Shown here: piece by piece, positions 58,964-64,000 of the stretch
How positions within the stretch are numbered: position 1 is the stretch's first letter
How the letters are laid out: each line of letters starts with the position of its first letter
Assembly: GCA_907165135.1 (NCBI GenBank)
Contig: OU015568.1
Coordinates: forward strand, 1,302,001 to 1,366,000
Source: Oikopleura dioica
Lineage: Eukaryota; Animalia; Chordata
Length of the DNA: 64,000 bases
Direction of reading: 5' to 3'
Notes under the pieces: model-generated
What the model was told of the DNA's origin: nothing
Databases searched by the model: none
What the model saw: the letters and a program-made list of their open reading frames with translations, nothing else
Program-made: the position numbers and the translations under genes

Positions 58964-61900
58964 ATGCCGGTTTTCCATACAAAGACAATCGAATCAATCC
59001 TCGAACCAGTTTCAAAACAGGTAATTCCAAGCATTTGTTACTTTGTCCGATTCACTGTAATATAGGTCGCTCAACTAGTAATACTTCATGAAGAAGGTGC
59101 AGATGGAAATGCCCTGCCACCGCTTGATGCTCCGATTGGAGTCGTCCAGAAGGCTGTTGCGAATTTGCAAAAAGTCGGAGAAGAGACTGTTCAGGAGAGC
59201 TCGGATTTACTGTTGAAGAGAGATATGCCTCCAGCGTTGGACATGGTTCAGGTATTGACTGAAGGACATTTTAGGACACCAAGGGATATCTCTTGAAATC
59301 AAGTTTATCTATGAGCATTTAGTGGCATCGAAATTATTAAAGCTTTTCTAGGTTGCAAGTGAGAGTCTCGGAAAAGCGGCCATGCTCATCGCCGCAGACC
59401 CTTATTCCGTCGAGGGCCGCGAAATCCTGATCAAAGGCGCTCGTGGCATTTTGCAAGGCACCTCTGATCTGCTCTTGGCATTCGACCAGGGAGAAGTCAG
59501 AAAATTAATCAAACAAGTCCGCGCCGTGCTTGACTACATTGGCCTCGCCGATCAAGTCATTCGAATGGAAGATGTCGTCACGTTTCTTAACTCATTGACG
59601 CCAAGCTTAACTCGAGTTGGGCAGGCCGTCCGTGCTCGTGGGGACGAGTTAACAAGCTTGGTCCATCGAGATCTTCTAATTGGCGCGTTGGAAAGGGCAA
59701 TCAATCTCGCGCCGCAGGTCATTTCCTCGCTCAAGCTCTTTGTCAACACACCTCCCGAGGATGCCAACCGTGCCCAAGCCGCCGAGCAACGTGACCTTGC
59801 TCAGGTCAACATGCAGGATGAACTGCGGGAAGTCATCCGAGTCCTTCAACTCGTCCATTACGATGTCCACGGTTGGGAGCCAATCTCCCTCGCCGAGTTG
59901 AAACGCCTAAATCAGAATCTCGACGAGCAAATGGTCGATGCAAAGCGCTGGATCGCTGACACCAACGCCCCACCAGGCGGCGAGGGCGAGCGAAGAGCAA
60001 GAGAAGCCGCTCAAACTGCCGCTCAACTTGGTCAAGCTGCTGGAGCTGCAGGAGCGCCACTTACCGCCGCGGCCCAACAATTCGGCGTCGAAACTGAGCG
60101 ACTTGCTGCTCTTCGCGCGCAGGGAGCGGATGCTGCGGGACAGAAAGCTCAGCAACTCGCGGCGCTCAAGGCAGCGAACGATGTGGAAGAAAAGGCCAAG
60201 CAAGCGATGGAACAAGGCTCTGCAGCGGCAAGGGCGTATCATAAAGTGCGCGACAACTGGCAAGCGGCTCAGCAGTGGCTTGCCGATAGCTCAGCTCCTT
60301 CTGGCCCTGGTTCCAAAGCGGTCGGAGAAGTGCTCGACGCTGGCGCATCTGCTGGTGCTCTTATGAATCCAAAGGACAAGACAGAAATGGACAGACTTGC
60401 TGCTCAAGGAAAGGAGAAACTCTCCAAGCTAGAGAAGCTTCGTGACGCTCAAAAGGGGCACACTGATGAAGCTCAGAAACTAGCGATGGAGCTCAAGGAT
60501 GACTTGGATACAGTCTCCGGAAAGGTAGCACAGATTGCGGCGAAGCCTTCGGCTGATATTCCAATGGCATCGGCGATGGACAAACTTGGCAAACTCTTCA
60601 GAGATCCCTTGAAAGACGATGGATCTGGTCAGTCGATCGTTTGATTTTCTAGCTCTTACATTTTTCAGGAATCCGACTTGTCAGAAAAATCATCAGTGAT
60701 GCTCGACAATTGGCGCGTTTTACAGAAGGTCCATTGAAAGAAGCACTTATTCATGACGCGAACCACGCCGAAGAAATGACCGACGTTCTCGATGCTGCCA
60801 TTAAGAATCAGGATTCGGCCAAGGCGAAGAATGCTGCTGCACAACTGGAACCACGCGTCGATGCTCTCAAGAATACGATGGAAGAAGCAGCTGTTGCGGC
60901 CCTAGCTACCGAGTTTTCTGACACTTCATCTGCTCTCAAGGTAAATTAAAGAGTTCTTACCAAATTTCAGTATTTTAGGCGCTTTCAAATGCCGCTTATC
61001 AACCAATGTCCAACCCCAACAGAAATCAACTCTTCGCCGCCAAGGCTGCGATCTTTGCCGAAACGAGCTCTAGACTCGCTGGTCTTGGTCGACTTGCTGC
61101 ACCACAAGTTGGAACTGAAAAAGAAATCAAAGAAGCGAACAAACTCGCTGCTAGACTTGACGAAATCGCCCCAGCAATCATCAAAGCTGGTCGAATCGTC
61201 CTCCAGGTAGTGCTTTTTTCTTACAATCCATCCTCATTATCTGTCTTAGGATCCAGATAACAAGCCGGCAAAGGAGCATTTCGAACTTCTCAAGGAAGAA
61301 TGGACACAAGCAGCCGACAAGCTTTCAGGAAATCTCGACAGCTGCGCCGATGCTGCGAAACTCGTCCGAGCCCTTGAGCTTCAAATGATTGAAGATCAGA
61401 AAGAAGTGAAGAACCATGTTGCAACTAACGATGTAGCAAAGGTTCTTCCTTCAGCAGGAAATATGGCTCGAAGAGCTCATCGAGTCCTGATGGTGGCGAA
61501 ACGCGAGGCTGAAAACTCTGAAGGTAAGTCTAAAAACCATATCCTTTGATCCCCAATTCATTTTTTCAGACCCTGTTTATGTCAACAACTTGAAGCAAGC
61601 GTTCAACGTTCTCAACACAAAAGTACAGCCCATGATCATGTCGGCCAAAGGCTACGCGACGAATCAAACTCCCGACTCTTCGTCAACACTTGTCAACTCC
61701 GGAGAAGACCTTATCGCAGCTGTTTCAGCGGTGAGAGAAGCAATGGAGCCACCGAAAGAACCTGATTTCCCTGCTCCACCATCTCCACCACCTGCTTATG
61801 GTCCAGGAGGAGCTCATGGATCAGGAGCACCGGAAGTTCCAGATGATCCAAATGAAGGATCAGCGCCACCAGTTCCCCCAGAATATGAGGTAAAGCGACT

Positions 61901-62822
61901 CAAATTTGACTTTTTCATTATTTAAAATGAAGGAGGAATTCCCATCTGATGATTCCGACGCCGATCAAGACATTTACTTGCCAGCCAAAGAACTGTTCGA
62001 CGAAGTCAACAAATGGATGGCAAAAGGCAACTCCCTCATTGACGCGGCGAAAAAGATGGCCTTGCTCATGGCAGAAATGTCAAGATTAGTCCAAGAAGGT
62101 GGGGATAAACGTGAGCTGATCAGATGCGCCCATGAAATTGTCAAATATGGACAGCTTGTGGCCAAATTATCAAGAGAAATTTCTGCCAAGGTAGGAGGAA
62201 CAAGATCAGAAAGGGTCTACGGTTGTTATAGTGCACGGATAAGAGGATCAAGAACAACATGACTGGATCATCTCAAAACATCGAAACGATCGCAACGCAA
62301 TTCAGAATTCTCTCCACCGTCAAAGCCACCATGCTCAGTAAGTCCTCTTTCGATTGAAAAATGCATCTTTCAGTAACTAACATTCCATTACTTACTAACC
62401 ATTTCTAGCAACTGAGCCAGAAGTGCCAGTTTTAGCAGTGGCGCCTATTGGCGAGCCAGATGACGGTAGATATTCCCATGATTCTAATATTTTTACAAAG
62501 TCACTCTTTTATGATTTCACCGCTCTTTTTGACCATCAATCGGTCTTTCAAAGCTCTAAAATGACCCTCTGAGGGTTGTTCTTTGAAAATAAATAAAATT
62601 TTAGACGCCAAAGACGTTTCCGACGATGAAGCCGCCCAAGCTCACGAAATGCTTGTCCACAACGCTCAGAACTTGATGAAATACGTCAAGGAAGTCGTCC
62701 GAGAAGCCAACGCTGCCAACATCAAAATTCGAGCAGACACCGGTCTCACGATCAAGTGGATTCCCAAAGACCAACAAGTCAAGCAGAGAAAGCGCAAGAC
62801 GCGAAAATCTCAGCCAAACTAA
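58964..62822 (+). CDS. VCL: Vinculin
   Basis: [52 protein letters not shown], three internal repeats, Pro-rich hinge, [54 protein letters not shown]. Confidence 0.97.
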
Positions 62823-64000
62823 AAGAAAATCTTTTGAAACCGACGAGAAATGCATCATTCGAGCCAAGCATGGCCAGAGAAGCCGTAAAACGGCAGTATT
62901 TTATTGAAAATTCAACAACTTCACAACTTTGCCTTACTACCAAAAATACGTCTATGAAATTTTTTATTCTCAACCCGACAACTTCAATTCAAAAAACTCC
63001 CCCAAAAAACCAACTTATTTCGATTATATTCCGAGCCTATACCTTATCAATTTTTGTTATTTTTTTCCTGCACCGCTTCCTGAAAAATAATTTACTTCAC
63101 AGCATGACCTCAACACAAAACTTATCATTTACAGTATGATTCTTATCTTTTGTTTAACTCCCTTTTTAAGTTACTGCTTCTGTCTCCTTTTCAAATTCTA
63201 AGTTAAAAAACGAGTTCAAATTATTCTGAAAAAAAAACATCGCCAAATTCTACAAAATAAAAATAAACTTCTAATAAAAGCTTCAATTTGAGAAAATAAA
63301 AATCTTAAAATGAGATTTTTCATTTGGAGTCGATATGCAATGAAAAAACAGTTTTTGAGTTTTTAAAATCAAAAAAGTCGCATTTGCCTTGTGAGGGTAA
63401 CTGAAAAAGTAGTCTTTTCTAGAGCAAATTTAGCAAAAATAAGCAAATTCTCCGCAGATCTGTTTTCAAACAAGCGCAAAAAGGCACTTTTTCTCTAGAG
63501 CTTGAATTGTTATCACGGCAAAATCCTCGTTTTTCAGTCAGTTCATTGCCTTTGCATGAGCAAGTCACAGTCCGGCGCCGTTTTACATCAGATAATTTCA
63601 AATTTCAATACTGTCGACCTAATTTTGTTTTGTTTTGTTTGAAATTTCAGACGATGATGAAATCGAGAGCTCAAAAAGAGTTGCCATCGTTCAACTTCAT
63701 CCTCCAAGGAAGAAAAGATCGCGAACAAGGAAATCATTCCTGAGCTAATCGACTTTCTGTAAAAAGAACACGACACAATATTTCAATCCCACATTTCGAT
63801 TTTTATGAAACTAAAAAAACAAAACTTGGTTTCATAAACTCCTGTGTTTCCTTGTTGTTTGACAAAGCTTATTAAGATAATTACGAGTTTCAATTTTAAC
63901 GATCCAGTGACGCAGGGATAGTTTCAGAGCTAAAAAAATAAAGTCGCAAAGTAAAGAAATCAGGCAGCATGAATTTAAGTTTTTGAAGAGATAAAGTAAA

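Noticed and set aside
63400-64000. Possible gene start near the window end
   Set aside because: Only short exon-like fragments; no consistent frame could be built.
1-64000. tRNA, rRNA or other structured ncRNA genes
   Set aside because: None recognised by eye; a covariance-model scan (tRNAscan-SE, Infernal/Rfam) would be needed to exclude them.

Overview
Eukaryotic, very compact, intron-rich DNA. Many 35-50 bp introns, GA/GC splice donors, operon-like same-strand gene runs and Cys-rich secreted proteins strongly suggest the larvacean tunicate Oikopleura (inference; not database-checked). Recognisable genes, reconstructed by eye across introns: MCCC2, a WSCD-like sulfotransferase, a rhodanese, a large ankyrin + coiled-coil protein, a RING protein, a TMEM179-like gene, two aquaglyceroporins, an MB21D2-like (cGAS/Mab21-family) nucleotidyltransferase, a three-finger/Ly6-like secreted protein, ELP6, RAB3GAP1, an ING PHD protein, two CHMP2B paralogs and vinculin. 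Four antisense genes or gene fragments sit inside introns of other genes. DNA transposons with readable TIRs and TSDs are abundant: four hAT-type elements with 8-bp TSDs and two Kolobok-like TTAA MITEs, one inside a coding exon. The most striking structure is an 8.8-kb hAT element (48513-57290) carrying a diverged intron-containing transposase and a convergent, unknown multi-exon cargo gene. Next to it is a 3.3-kb nested palindrome that shares a hairpin-rich repeat with the transposase intron. The window starts inside a near-identical ~5-kb-period direct duplication. Homopolymer-only indels suggest long-read consensus errors, so single-base frameshifts and exon boundaries are provisional.
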